NCBI GenBank assembly: GCA_963804645.1
Contig: CAWDRG010000010.1
Coordinates: 1-64,000 of the forward strand
Length of the DNA: 64,000 nt
Origin: an uncultured Bacillota bacterium
GTDB taxonomy: Bacteria; Sysuimicrobiota; Sysuimicrobiia; Sysuimicrobiales; Segetimicrobiaceae
Reading direction: 5' to 3'
The position numbers and the translations under genes are program-made. Numbering within the stretch: the stretch's first letter is position 1; each line of letters starts with the position of its first letter. Below the pieces are notes generated by a model. It was not told the DNA's origin. It saw nothing but the letters and a program-made list of their open reading frames with translations, and did not search any database. This document shows, piece by piece, positions 9,564 to 19,618 of this stretch.

Positions 9564-9838
9564 TCCTCTCCAGGGACGGCCGGTCCGCGCAGCGGCAGGC
9601 GTTCGGCCGCGGTCGGACCGCGCCGGGTGCCCCCTCCGGCCGGGCCAATCCTTTCGCAGGGCATTCGCCGAGCGGCGGCGATGTCCCCTGTCATGGTCGG
9701 TAACATGTCATGGTGTTGGGGCGCCCGGCCGCCGAGATCGGGGCCGCGAGTCTGGGGCACCGCTCCACAGGGAAACCCGGCCGCACCGCCAAAGGTTCCC
9801 CGGTCACGAGTCACGCGCAGGCGGCGAAGGAGTGTAGC

Positions 9839-10723
9839 ATGGTCCACGACGACCATCTCGAGATCTTCCAGCGCATTCGTTCGAGCTATGCCGACCTGAG
9901 CCCCAGCTTCCGCAAGATCGCCGACTTCCTGCTCGAGTCGTACCGTGATGCCGCGTTCCTGCCCGCGTCGCGGGTGGCATCCCGCGCGGACGTCAGCGAA
10001 TCGGTCGTCGTGCGATTTGCGAGCGCGCTCGGCTACTCGGGCTATCCGGAAATGCTGCATGCCATCCAGCGCATCGTCAAGAACGAGCTGGCGCCGTCGC
10101 AGCGTTTGGTGGGCGACGACACTGAGGAGGACCCGGAGCGCAAGGACGTGCTCGGGCGGACCGTGGCGGCCGATATCGAGAACCTGCGGCGCACCGCGAG
10201 CGACCCGCTCACCTTGGCGGCCTTTGACCAAGCCGTCGCGATGCTGGCAGACGCCACCGAAGTCTACTCGCTCGGTCTCCGCCGCCTGGGCAGTCTCGCG
10301 TCGATGTTCGGGGCGCTCCTGCGCACCGCCGGCATCCGCACCCAAGTCCTGACGCACGGGCATTCCGAGATGTTCGAGCAGCTGTACTACCTCAAGAAGG
10401 AACACGTGCTGGTGGCCTTCGCCTTCCAACGCTACACGAAGCGCACGGTCGATGCGATCGAGCTCGCGAATCGACGGGGCGCCGGCTCCCTCGTCATCAC
10501 GGACTCGCTGACGTCGCCCGCGGCCCAGGCCGGCCGCGTCTCCCTCATCTGCTCCGTGAAGGGCGAGTCGTTCTTCAACTCGTACGTCGCGGCGGTCAGC
10601 GTCATCAATGCCGTCACCACGGGCGTCGTCGATCGGCGGCTGCGCGCGACGCGTCGCGCGCTCGACGAGCTCGACGCGCTGCTGCCGGATGAGGATTTTT
10701 TCGGGAGAGGCCCTGACGTGTAA
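9839..10723 (+). CDS. MurR/RpiR-family transcriptional regulator
   Basis: LSPSFRKIADF..VSESVVVRFA..LGYSGY HTH plus SIS domain (ITDSLTSP); ATG after AAGGAG. Confidence 0.9.
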   Translation: MVHDDHLEIFQRIRSSYADLSPSFRKIADFLLESYRDAAFLPASRVASRADVSESVVVRFASALGYSGYPEMLHAIQRIVKNELAPSQRLVGDDTEEDPERKDVLGRTVAADIENLRRTASDPLTLAAFDQAVAMLADATEVYSLGLRRLGSLASMFGALLRTAGIRTQVLTHGHSEMFEQLYYLKKEHVLVAFAFQRYTKRTVDAIELANRRGAGSLVITDSLTSPAAQAGRVSLICSVKGESFFNSYVAAVSVINAVTTGVVDRRLRATRRALDELDALLPDEDFFGRGPDV

Positions 10724-10759
10724 CCGCCCGCGGGACGGCGCGCGAGTGTCGCCCGCGGA

Positions 10760-11761
10760 TCAGCCGCGCCCCTTCGACCGCAACTCCCCGGCTCCCCGCA
10801 TCCACTCGACGGTCACGCGCAGGCCGTCGTCGAGACCGGCGCGCGGGCGGTAGGCCGTCTCGTCGAGCAACCGCCGGATGTCGAGCGGTCCCCGGCGCGC
10901 ACGGGTCAGCAGCGGGGGCACGTTGGCGTCCCCCGGGGCCGCCTCCCGGTAGCGCAGCGGAATGATCCGTCCGAGACGCTCCAGCACCTCACGATGCGTG
11001 TACCCTCGGTCTCCGGCCGCGTTGTAGACTCGATAGTCGGCATCCTCGCGCGCGAGCAGTACGGACACGACGCCGGCAAGATCGTCGGCGAGGATCCAGT
11101 CCCGCACACCGTCGAGGTGCGCGAGCCGGATCTCCTCGCCCCGCAGCGCCAACTGCACGCAGTCGTAGACGACGGACATCACGCGACGGGAGTGGGTCAT
11201 CGGGCGCTCCATCGGCCCGTACACCCAGCCGACCCTGAGCGACACGGTCGAGAGATGGTGCCGCGCCCGGTAGTACGCGCAGAGCTTTTCGCCGGCCTCT
11301 TTCGTGATCCCGTAGAGGCTGGACGGACGCAGCGGGTCGTCCTCGGTAATGGACAGATGCTCCGGCGTGTCGCCGTAGACGGCGGCGGAGCTAATGTACA
11401 CGACCCTGCGGGTCCCGCCGCGGTGCGCGGCATCAAGCACGTTCATCGTGCCCATGAGATTCACGTCGACGATCTCACGCGGCATGTGCTGCTCCATCTC
11501 GTGATCGGGCGTGATCGCAGCCGCGTGGACGACGTCCGTGGGTCGAAACTCGTCCCACACGCGACGCAGCGTCTCCGTCCGGGCGACGTCGCCCGGGACG
11601 AGCGTGACCCGCTCCGTGACGTCGTGGAAAAACGCGTCCCGGAGCGGGTCGGACGCATCGCCCTTGCGGGCGAAGCACAGCACCTCGTGCCCCTCGCGGG
11701 CGAGCCGCCGCACGATGTTGACCCCGACCGACCCCGTGCCGCCCGTGACCAACACGCGCAT
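10760..11761 (-). CDS. NAD-dependent epimerase/dehydratase (extended SDR)
   Basis: VTGGTGSVG, SSAAVYG, YGITK catalytic motif. Confidence 0.9.
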   Translation of the reverse strand: MRVLVTGGTGSVGVNIVRRLAREGHEVLCFARKGDASDPLRDAFFHDVTERVTLVPGDVARTETLRRVWDEFRPTDVVHAAAITPDHEMEQHMPREIVDVNLMGTMNVLDAAHRGGTRRVVYISSAAVYGDTPEHLSITEDDPLRPSSLYGITKEAGEKLCAYYRARHHLSTVSLRVGWVYGPMERPMTHSRRVMSVVYDCVQLALRGEEIRLAHLDGVRDWILADDLAGVVSVLLAREDADYRVYNAAGDRGYTHREVLERLGRIIPLRYREAAPGDANVPPLLTRARRGPLDIRRLLDETAYRPRAGLDDGLRVTVEWMRGAGELRSKGRG

Positions 11762-11808
11762 AACGCGTCGCTCCCTCGGGCCGCGTGATCGCCGGCGCGG
11801 CTGAGACC

Positions 11809-14800
11809 CTACCGGGCCCCTCGCCTGAGCGCCGGGTCGCGCGCCGGGACGACCTCGCTGACCGGGATCGCCACGCCGTAGATCTCGCGCGCGGCGTCGA
11901 CGGAGACGTATCCCTGGCGGACATCCTCCAGGACGCGTTCGGGTTCCCGCTGCTTTGGATCGCCGAACCCGCCGCCCCCCGCGGTCTCCACGACGAGTAG
12001 GTCTCCCTCGCGCATCGTCACCGGATTCTCGGGGATCGCGGCACCGTTGAGCCAGGCCCGCACCGGGCCGCCTGCCAGCCCACCAACCAGCCCAGGTGCG
12101 GGATGCCTGACGAAATTGAAGCGGACGCTGACCAGCACCGGGCTCTCCGACCGGCAGCGAAACGTCACACGCTGCCCCACGCCGCCGCGCCGGCGGCCCG
12201 CCCCGCCGGAGTCGGTGGTGATCTCACGGGACATCTCGAGCGGGCAGAGAGTCTCGAACGTCTCGGTTGGGATCATCGTGCAGTTCGTCGGGAACACGGT
12301 CACGTTCCAGCCGTCCTGGTCGAGCGTCGCGCCCATGCCCCCCTTTGGCATCAAGCCGACGCCGAAGTACGATCCGTCGGGCCGCGTGCCCGACACCTTC
12401 ATGATGACGTTGTGGCCGCAGCCGGCCATCGCGAGCGCAGGGTCGGCCTGCACCAGCGCGCCGCACAGCGCCGTCGTGATGTGCACGCCGGTTCTCGTCC
12501 GCGCGTAGATCGGCGCCGGCGGCGCGGAGTTGAGGATGCTGCGCGGCGGCGCGGCCACGGTCACGAGGTCGTACGACGGCCCGAGGTTGGAGAGCGTCGG
12601 CGAGAACAGGTATTGGAGCGCGTACACGGTGTCGGACAGCGTGTACGGGATCGGCACGTTGATGGGCCAGTGGGGCAGCTGCGGGCTCGTCCCCTCGTAG
12701 TCGACCCGCAGGAGCGACGATCCGGCCGTGAGCGCCACGGCGATCCGGATCGGCTCGTCCGCGGACTCCACCCCGCCGGTGCCGTCGGCCACATGGGTGT
12801 AGCGGTACGTGCCCGGCGGGATGCGCGCCACCGCCTTCTCGAAGGCGCGGAGCGCGCGCACGCGAATCTCGGCCGACACCCGGGTAAAATCACCAAGCCG
12901 CGTGTCGACCATGAACTCCCGCACCCGACGGTCCGCCACGGTCAAGGCGGCGCGGAGTGCCGCGATGTCTCCCATCACCTCGGTGGGCAGGCGCACGTTG
13001 GCCTGCACGAGTGCCGCCAGCGTCTCGTTCAGCTGCCCGCGGGTGTACAACCGCGTCGGCGGAATACTGAGCCCCTCCTCGTACAGATCCCACGCCCGGA
13101 AGTCGCCGACGACGTTCCCGATGTCCGGCAGGTGTGAGATCGCGCCCACGAACGCCACAAGCGCGCCTTCGTGGAACACGCCCTGGAGCAGGAATAGGTC
13201 GTGCTTGTGCCCCGCGACGATCCACGGGTCGTTCGTCACGAGGATGTCTCCCGGCGCGATCGTGTCCGCGGGGATCTGCGCCAGCATCGCCCGAATGCTG
13301 CGCGGCATGCACGTGACGAACAGCGGCATCGTCTCGGTCGGCAGCGCCAGCGGATCGCCGCGCGGATCGCTCATGCCCACGGCGTAGTCCTTGCCCTCCC
13401 GCACGACCGCCGAGAACGCGGTGCGGAGAATCGTCCGGTCGGCCTCGTCCATCATGGTGCGCAACCGGGCCAGGATGATCTCAAGATCCACGGGGTCGAG
13501 GTCCCCCTTCGCCGACGGCCTCCACGCCGACGCGCGTGCCACGTCGATGACGAGATTGCCGAACGCGTCGACCCGCGCCGTGCACCCGGGCGGCAGGACC
13601 GCGGTGCTGTGCCGGTCCTGCACCAGCGACGGGCCGATCAGCTCGGCGCCGGCACCGAGGGTCGACCGGTCGTACACCGGGCACTCGACCGGGCCGACCC
13701 CCGGGACCAGCACGACACGCCTCGCGATCGGGGCCGCCGCTCCGGACGGGCGCACCTCGGGAATCCGCACGCGTGGCCGAGGTCCCGACGCCCACAGCCG
13801 GATCGTCCGGACCTCGATCGGGACGCGCAGGTCGTGCTCGCCGTAGACGCGCTCGTAGGCCGCGGTGAACAACGGCTGGAGCGCCTCCGGATCGACGGCG
13901 GCCTGGGACACCGCCGGGAGCGCGACCGCGACCTCGTACCCCTGCCCGGCGTACCGCATGTCCAGCGTGAACGCGAACGTCATGTCATCCGGCGCGATCC
14001 CGGAGCGCTTCAACACGTCCGCGGCGCGGGCGGTGAGCTCGGCCATGACCTCGCGCAGCCGGCCCTGGTCGAGCGCGTCGAGCCGCGCGATGAATGTGTG
14101 GCTCAGCTCGAGCGCCGGGGAGGCCGAGACGAAGCCGAACGCCGACAGGACGCCGGCCGCGGCAGGCACAACCACGCGGGCGATCCCGAGTTGCTGGGCG
14201 ATCGCGCACGCGTGCAGCGGCCCCGCGCCGCCGAAAGCCAGCAGGGCGTACGCGCGGGGATCGCGGCCGAGCTCCGTGATGTGCAGCTTGACCGCGTGCG
14301 CCATCGACTCGGTCACGATCTGGTAGATCCCGGCCGCGGCGGCCGCCGCCGACCGACCCGTCTCCCGCGCGAGGGGTTCGACCGCCCGCTCCGCCCGGGC
14401 GCGATCGAGGCGAAGCCCCTCGCCCAGTTCGGCCCCGTCGGCCATGTAGCCGAGTAACAAGTTGGCGTCCGTCACGGTCGGCCGCTCGCCCCCCAGCCCG
14501 TAGCAGGCGGGGCCGGGATCGGCCCCGGCGCTCTGAGGGCCGACCTTGAGGAGCCCGAGATCGTCAATGTGGGCGAGCGAACCGCCCCCGGCCCCAATCT
14601 CCATCATCTCGACCGTGGGAATACGAACGGGCATGCCGCTGCCGCGCTTGGTGCGATCCGCGCGCCCCACCTCAAACGACGCCGTGCGCGACGGCGCGCC
14701 GTCGTGCACGAGGCACGTCTTCGCCGTGGTCCCGCCCATGTCGAACGCGATGAGATCCCGCAACCCCAACAGCTCGCCGTAGAACGCCGCGGCCAGCGCC

Positions 14801-15597
14801 CCGGCCGCAGGCCCCGACTCGAGGAGGCGGATCGGCACCTGCACCGCGACGTCGGGGACGGTCACGCCGCCGTCCGACAGCATCAAGTACAGGCCGCGCC
14901 GGAACCCGGCCGCGGCGAGCGCCTCGGCAAGCTTCGCCACGTAGCGCGCGGCAAACGGCTGGATGTACGCGTTGGCGACCGTGGTCGACACGCGCTCGTA
15001 CTCGTTGATCTCCGGCGAGACCACACTCGAGAGGCTGACGGAAAAGCCGCGCGCCGCCGCCGCGGCGCCGATCGCGGCCTCGTGTGCGGGGTTCCGGTAC
15101 GCGTGGAGGAGACACACCGCGACGGACTCCACCCGCTCCCGTTCAAAATCGTCGAGGATGGCGTCCAACTCGTCCGCCTGCAGCGGCAGCACGACGCGCC
15201 CGTCCGGGCCGATGCGCTCTCGGATCTCGCGCCTCAGGCGGCGTTCGACGAGCGGCGCCGCCCTCAGGATGTGGCGGTCGTACGGATCGTACCGGTTCTC
15301 CTTGCCCGTCTCGAGGACATCGCGCGTCCCGCGGGTGGCGATCAGGCCGACCCGGCATCCCTTGCGCTCAATGAGCGCGTTCGTGACCAGCGTCGTCCCG
15401 TGGACCACGTGCGCGTCCGCCACGTCGGCGAGACGCAGCCCGGCGTCCCGCAGCAGCGCGTCGAGCCCCTGCATGATCCCGAGCACCGGGTCGTGCGGCG
15501 TGGTGAGCTGCTTGTGCGTCCAGGAGCGGTCGTCCGTCTCCCGGAGCAGCATGAAGTCGGTGAATGTCCCCCCGACGTCGATCCCCAATCGGTACAC
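11809..15597 (-). CDS. Fused hydantoinase A/B (5-oxoprolinase / N-methylhydantoinase-like)
   Basis: GIDVGGTFTD, HGTT, ESGPAAG, DMGGTT, IGAGGGS, FGGAGPLH (A part); DPVDLEI, NDPW...H..D, GGGGFGDP (B part); GTG start 15597. Confidence 0.92.
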   Translation of the reverse strand: MYRLGIDVGGTFTDFMLLRETDDRSWTHKQLTTPHDPVLGIMQGLDALLRDAGLRLADVADAHVVHGTTLVTNALIERKGCRVGLIATRGTRDVLETGKENRYDPYDRHILRAAPLVERRLRREIRERIGPDGRVVLPLQADELDAILDDFERERVESVAVCLLHAYRNPAHEAAIGAAAAARGFSVSLSSVVSPEINEYERVSTTVANAYIQPFAARYVAKLAEALAAAGFRRGLYLMLSDGGVTVPDVAVQVPIRLLESGPAAGALAAAFYGELLGLRDLIAFDMGGTTAKTCLVHDGAPSRTASFEVGRADRTKRGSGMPVRIPTVEMMEIGAGGGSLAHIDDLGLLKVGPQSAGADPGPACYGLGGERPTVTDANLLLGYMADGAELGEGLRLDRARAERAVEPLARETGRSAAAAAAGIYQIVTESMAHAVKLHITELGRDPRAYALLAFGGAGPLHACAIAQQLGIARVVVPAAAGVLSAFGFVSASPALELSHTFIARLDALDQGRLREVMAELTARAADVLKRSGIAPDDMTFAFTLDMRYAGQGYEVAVALPAVSQAAVDPEALQPLFTAAYERVYGEHDLRVPIEVRTIRLWASGPRPRVRIPEVRPSGAAAPIARRVVLVPGVGPVECPVYDRSTLGAGAELIGPSLVQDRHSTAVLPPGCTARVDAFGNLVIDVARASAWRPSAKGDLDPVDLEIILARLRTMMDEADRTILRTAFSAVVREGKDYAVGMSDPRGDPLALPTETMPLFVTCMPRSIRAMLAQIPADTIAPGDILVTNDPWIVAGHKHDLFLLQGVFHEGALVAFVGAISHLPDIGNVVGDFRAWDLYEEGLSIPPTRLYTRGQLNETLAALVQANVRLPTEVMGDIAALRAALTVADRRVREFMVDTRLGDFTRVSAEIRVRALRAFEKAVARIPPGTYRYTHVADGTGGVESADEPIRIAVALTAGSSLLRVDYEGTSPQLPHWPINVPIPYTLSDTVYALQYLFSPTLSNLGPSYDLVTVAAPPRSILNSAPPAPIYARTRTGVHITTALCGALVQADPALAMAGCGHNVIMKVSGTRPDGSYFGVGLMPKGGMGATLDQDGWNVTVFPTNCTMIPTETFETLCPLEMSREITTDSGGAGRRRGGVGQRVTFRCRSESPVLVSVRFNFVRHPAPGLVGGLAGGPVRAWLNGAAIPENPVTMREGDLLVVETAGGGGFGDPKQREPERVLEDVRQGYVSVDAAREIYGVAIPVSEVVPARDPALRRGAR

Positions 15598-15631
15598 GGC
15601 CGCTGCCTCCTCGCCGCCGGCCCCGGCGGTC

Positions 15632-17086
15632 CTACCCGTCCCGCGACGGCGCCGCGGACAGGAGCCCGAGCTCCCGGAGCGCATCCGCAGCCCCGCGCAG
15701 TGTCGAGAGATTCATCCCCGCGTAGTTGGGCGAGAACACCACGCCGCTGCCGCCGGCGCGGTACGTCGCGAGCACGCTCCGCCGGACGATCTCCGGCGTG
15801 CACTTCGCCTGGTCCTCGCGCGTGCGCGGCGCGTCGACTCCGATCCCCATGTACACCGGCACGCGCCCGGCCACCGCGCGGACGGTCGCGAGGCACTGCC
15901 CGTACACGTAGGTGTCCGGGTCGAACCCGCGCTGGACCACCTCGTCCCACGGCGCCTCGTCGAGCTGCAGGAAGCGGTACATGAGCGGCGTCATCTCCTG
16001 CGGCGTCACGTCTCTTAGAATTGAGCGGTGCCACTCGGCCATTTCGGCGGCGTAGATCCCGCCCGCCTGGTGCTGATAGGCGATCGGCTTGACCCAGTCG
16101 CACCAGCCGGTCATCTCCGCCCACGGCCACTCGGCCTTCCGGAGCGGGTTCAGGTGGTTCCGGTTCCACACGTTCAAGCCGAACCGCAGCGACGGATTGC
16201 ACCGCTTGACGATGCCGTAGAGCTCCCGGTCGAGGTCCTTGTCGCGTTCGACCCAGAAGCGCTCCCAGAGCAGCAGCTCCGGATGGTCGTACAGCACCCG
16301 CAGAAACTCGACGAGCGCGCCGTCCGGAAGCTCCTCCCCCGCCCGCGCGCGCTGCACGTAGTCGTACGCGTCGCGGTACGCGTGCTGGATGCGTTCGACG
16401 TCGAGGCCGCGCCGGTGCGCGAGCGCCCGGCAGTGCTCGCAGAAGCACTGCGGCGCGCCTCCGCCGATCAGGGTGTCGAGCGGGCTCCGCCGCTCGTTGC
16501 ACCACATGATCCCGTCGATGTCGTAGCTGCGGCAGTAGTCTTCGACGATCGCATGCCACCACGCGCGGTAGTCTGGATGGTTGAGGCAGGGCGCGCGCCC
16601 GACACGGTCCATCACGTCGATCTCAAGCACCCGCGGCAGGTCCGGGAGGGCGACGGTCTCGGCGGCGCCGTGCCCCTCGTAGTGGAACAGCGGCTCCATG
16701 ATCTCGGGGTACACCTGCATCCCGCGCCGGCGGGCTTCCGGGATGACGGCGGCGAGGATGTCGACGCCCCGCAGCGCCTCGTCCTCGGCGCGGAACTGCT
16801 TGAAGATCGTGCGCTGGTAGTACTCGGGGTGCTCCGCGATGTACGACCCGCCCCGCAGCGGGGTCGGATCCTGCGCCCCGTGATCCGGCCACCCGTCGAG
16901 CTTCCAGGAGATCCTCCGCCCGACTTTCAGTCCGAGCCACGAGAGCGTGCCGATGAGCAGGACGTTGATCCCGAACTCGTCGCGCAGCCGGTCGAGGAGC
17001 GGCCCGACCTGCTCGTCGATAAAGCTCACGGGGCTGATCTGGATCCCAACAAACTTGTCGCGCCCTCCCACGAACGTTACCACCAC
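15632..17086 (-). CDS. Hypothetical protein, probable glycoside-hydrolase-like TIM barrel with CxCxxC motif
   Basis: PCLNHPDYR..W...EDYCRSYDIDGIMWCNER and CFCEHCR resemble GH10-like/GH42-like barrels; start overlaps upstream stop; start uncertain. Confidence 0.6.
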   Translation of the reverse strand: MVVTFVGGRDKFVGIQISPVSFIDEQVGPLLDRLRDEFGINVLLIGTLSWLGLKVGRRISWKLDGWPDHGAQDPTPLRGGSYIAEHPEYYQRTIFKQFRAEDEALRGVDILAAVIPEARRRGMQVYPEIMEPLFHYEGHGAAETVALPDLPRVLEIDVMDRVGRAPCLNHPDYRAWWHAIVEDYCRSYDIDGIMWCNERRSPLDTLIGGGAPQCFCEHCRALAHRRGLDVERIQHAYRDAYDYVQRARAGEELPDGALVEFLRVLYDHPELLLWERFWVERDKDLDRELYGIVKRCNPSLRFGLNVWNRNHLNPLRKAEWPWAEMTGWCDWVKPIAYQHQAGGIYAAEMAEWHRSILRDVTPQEMTPLMYRFLQLDEAPWDEVVQRGFDPDTYVYGQCLATVRAVAGRVPVYMGIGVDAPRTREDQAKCTPEIVRRSVLATYRAGGSGVVFSPNYAGMNLSTLRGAADALRELGLLSAAPSRDG

Positions 17087-18139
17087 CGCTCCGGCACGCC
17101 GCGCTCGGCGTAGAATGCCGGCATCTCGATCCGGCGGCCCGTGCGGCTCGACTCCTCGCACGCGGCGATGACCCCGAGCGTCCGGAGGTGATCGGCGCCG
17201 GAGGGCTCCGGGCGGCGGCTGCCGCCAAGGAGCTGGCGAAGCACGTGCGTCAGCATGAGGCGCGCATCGTCGACGAGCTGCTCCTGCGGCGGGAGCGGGA
17301 TCGGCTCGGCGGCGGTGGCGTCCGGTCCCCGCGCGATGCGCAGGTCAGAGAACATCTCGTGCTGGAAGAGGGCGCCGCGCTCACAGTCGGTGCGCCACAG
17401 GAACTGCGTCATCTGCGTCTGCGCCGCCCAGGTGCCGAAGTAGTTCACCAGCAGGTCGCCCGTCAGCTCGAGGATCGCCACCACCGTCGCGTCGTCCCGA
17501 TACATGCTCCACGGAGGATTGTGGCACCGGCACCAGACCCGCTCCACCTGGGCGTCGTACACGAAGCGGATCTCGTCGACGTGGTGGATGGTCTGCTCGT
17601 AGAGCATCGGCTGGTGCATCACCAGCGGATACTTGTTGAGCCGCGGCAGCTGCCCGTCGCGGTTGCGCCAGTAGATGTAGCGCGCGAAGCTCGGCGCCCC
17701 GATTTCCCGCGTCCGAAAGATCTCACGCGCGCGCGTGACGCAGTGCTGGTAGCGGAAGTTCACCCCGACGGCGAGCCCGCGCCCGGCCGCCTCCGCCGCC
17801 TCCACGATGCGCACCGCCTCGGTGAGATCCATCGTCAGCGGCTTCTCCGAGAGCAGGTGCGCGCCGCTCTCGAAGATCGCCATCGCCTCCCGGACGCGGT
17901 CCATCGGCGGCGTGGCCAGGACGACGACGTCCGGCGCGAGCGCCCGCAGGGCGCCGTCGAGACCGGCGAAGCACGACCTCGGGCGCGGCGCCGACCTGGG
18001 CCTGAGCCCACTCGAGGTTGGCGGGCAACGCGTCGACGTAGCCGACCACGCGCGCGAGCGGCTCGTCGTGCAGGAGGCGCGCCCAGGTCTTCCCGCGCGC
18101 CCCGACCCCGACGAGCAGCGTCCGCACGGGCTGATCCAT
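17077..18139 (-). pseudogene. Gfo/Idh/MocA oxidoreductase split by a one-base frameshift near 17977
   Basis: N-terminal Rossmann motif (LVGVGARG) in one frame; PDVVVLATPP, EKP and IHHVD in another; removing one G gives ...PE-SCFAGLD. Confidence 0.8.
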
Positions 18140-18382
18140 GCCAGCTCCTTCCCGCGTGTGTGAGCCTGCCGGCCGCGCCGCACCGCGCGGGAGACCGCCG
18201 GTTCCGCGCGGGGACGACCCACGAAGCCGTTCTTCATATCAGCAGGAAAACCTGCCGAGAGAGGTGAAGCCTAAGAGGTTAATTGCGAGGACACACGGCG
18301 GGCCCGTCGTCTACGCTTCACCGGTCGCTCCCCGGGCCGCCCCCGGCGTCACCGCGCCCAGAGGGGAGCACGCCAGCGCATC

Positions 18383-19573
18383 ATGACACGTGACGGAGCC
18401 TCGTTGATCGACCGGATCCTCTCCGCCCGGGCGCGAGAAGTCGGCCGGGGATTTCCGGTGCAGACGTCCGTCCCCACCCCAGGGCTGATCACACTGTCCG
18501 GCGGCACCCCGGACTTCCCGACGCCGCCCCACGTCATCGAGGCGGCGAAGCGCGCCCTCGATGACGCGCACACGACCTATACCCCGTGGACCGGGATCCC
18601 AGAACTGCGGCGCGCGATCGCGGACAAACTGCGTCGCGACAACGGCATCGCCGCGGATCCGGAGTCCGAGATCCTCGTCACGACCGGCACCCAGGAAGCG
18701 CTGCAGGTCATCTGCAAGACCCTTCTCGACCAGGACGACGAACTGCTTATCCACGCGCCGTACTACGACGAGTATCGGCGCGACGCGCTCGTCGCCGGCG
18801 GACGGCTCGTACCGGTGCCCACGCGCGAGCGCGACAACTTCGCGATCGACGCGGACGAGGTCGCCGCCCGTATCACGCCGCGCACGAAGGGGCTGATCCT
18901 CGTCACCCCGAGCAACCCGAGCGCCGCCGTCCAGACGCGCGAGACGCTCTCGCGCATCGCGGACGTGGCGAAGGCGCGTGACCTCGTCGTGATCGCCGAC
19001 GAACTGTACGAGAAGTTCGTGTACGATGGGCACCGGCACCACAGCATCGCGTCGCTCCCCGGGATGTGGGAGCGCACGATCACGGTCAACGGGTTTTCCA
19101 AGTGCTATTCGATGACCGGGTTCCGCGTGGGCTACATCGCGGCGCCGGCACCGCTCGTCCGCGCGATGCTGCCGCTCAAGCACGGCATGACGATCTGCGC
19201 GCCGTCGGTGTCCCAATGGGCGGCACTGGCGGCGCTCACCGGACCCCAGGACTGGTTCGGGCCGGTGCTCGCGGAGTACGACGCGCGCCGACGTCTGTGG
19301 ATCGAGCACCTCACCGCGATGGGGCTCAGCTTCGGAAACCCGCAGGGCGCGTATTACGTCTACCTCAATACGGCGGCCACGGGGCTCGACGCCGCCGACC
19401 TCGCCCAACGGCTCCGCCGGGACCACCGGATCGTGCTCGGGTCCGGCGGAAGCATCGGCGCCGAGTGGCGCCACTACATGCGGGGATCGCTGGCCGTACC
19501 CACGGAGACACTGCGCTGCGGGCTCGAGCGTCTCGGCAGCGCGGTGACGGACCTCGTCCGCGCGCACGCTTGA
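18383..19573 (+). CDS. PLP-dependent aminotransferase class I/II (aspartate aminotransferase-like)
   Basis: GTPDFPTP, PSNP, DELY, NGFSKCYSMTGFRVG. Confidence 0.92.
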   Translation: MTRDGASLIDRILSARAREVGRGFPVQTSVPTPGLITLSGGTPDFPTPPHVIEAAKRALDDAHTTYTPWTGIPELRRAIADKLRRDNGIAADPESEILVTTGTQEALQVICKTLLDQDDELLIHAPYYDEYRRDALVAGGRLVPVPTRERDNFAIDADEVAARITPRTKGLILVTPSNPSAAVQTRETLSRIADVAKARDLVVIADELYEKFVYDGHRHHSIASLPGMWERTITVNGFSKCYSMTGFRVGYIAAPAPLVRAMLPLKHGMTICAPSVSQWAALAALTGPQDWFGPVLAEYDARRRLWIEHLTAMGLSFGNPQGAYYVYLNTAATGLDAADLAQRLRRDHRIVLGSGGSIGAEWRHYMRGSLAVPTETLRCGLERLGSAVTDLVRAHA

Positions 19574-19618
19574 CGCCGGCCGCGACGGCGGCCGAGCACA
19601 CGAAGGGGTGATGCCTCG

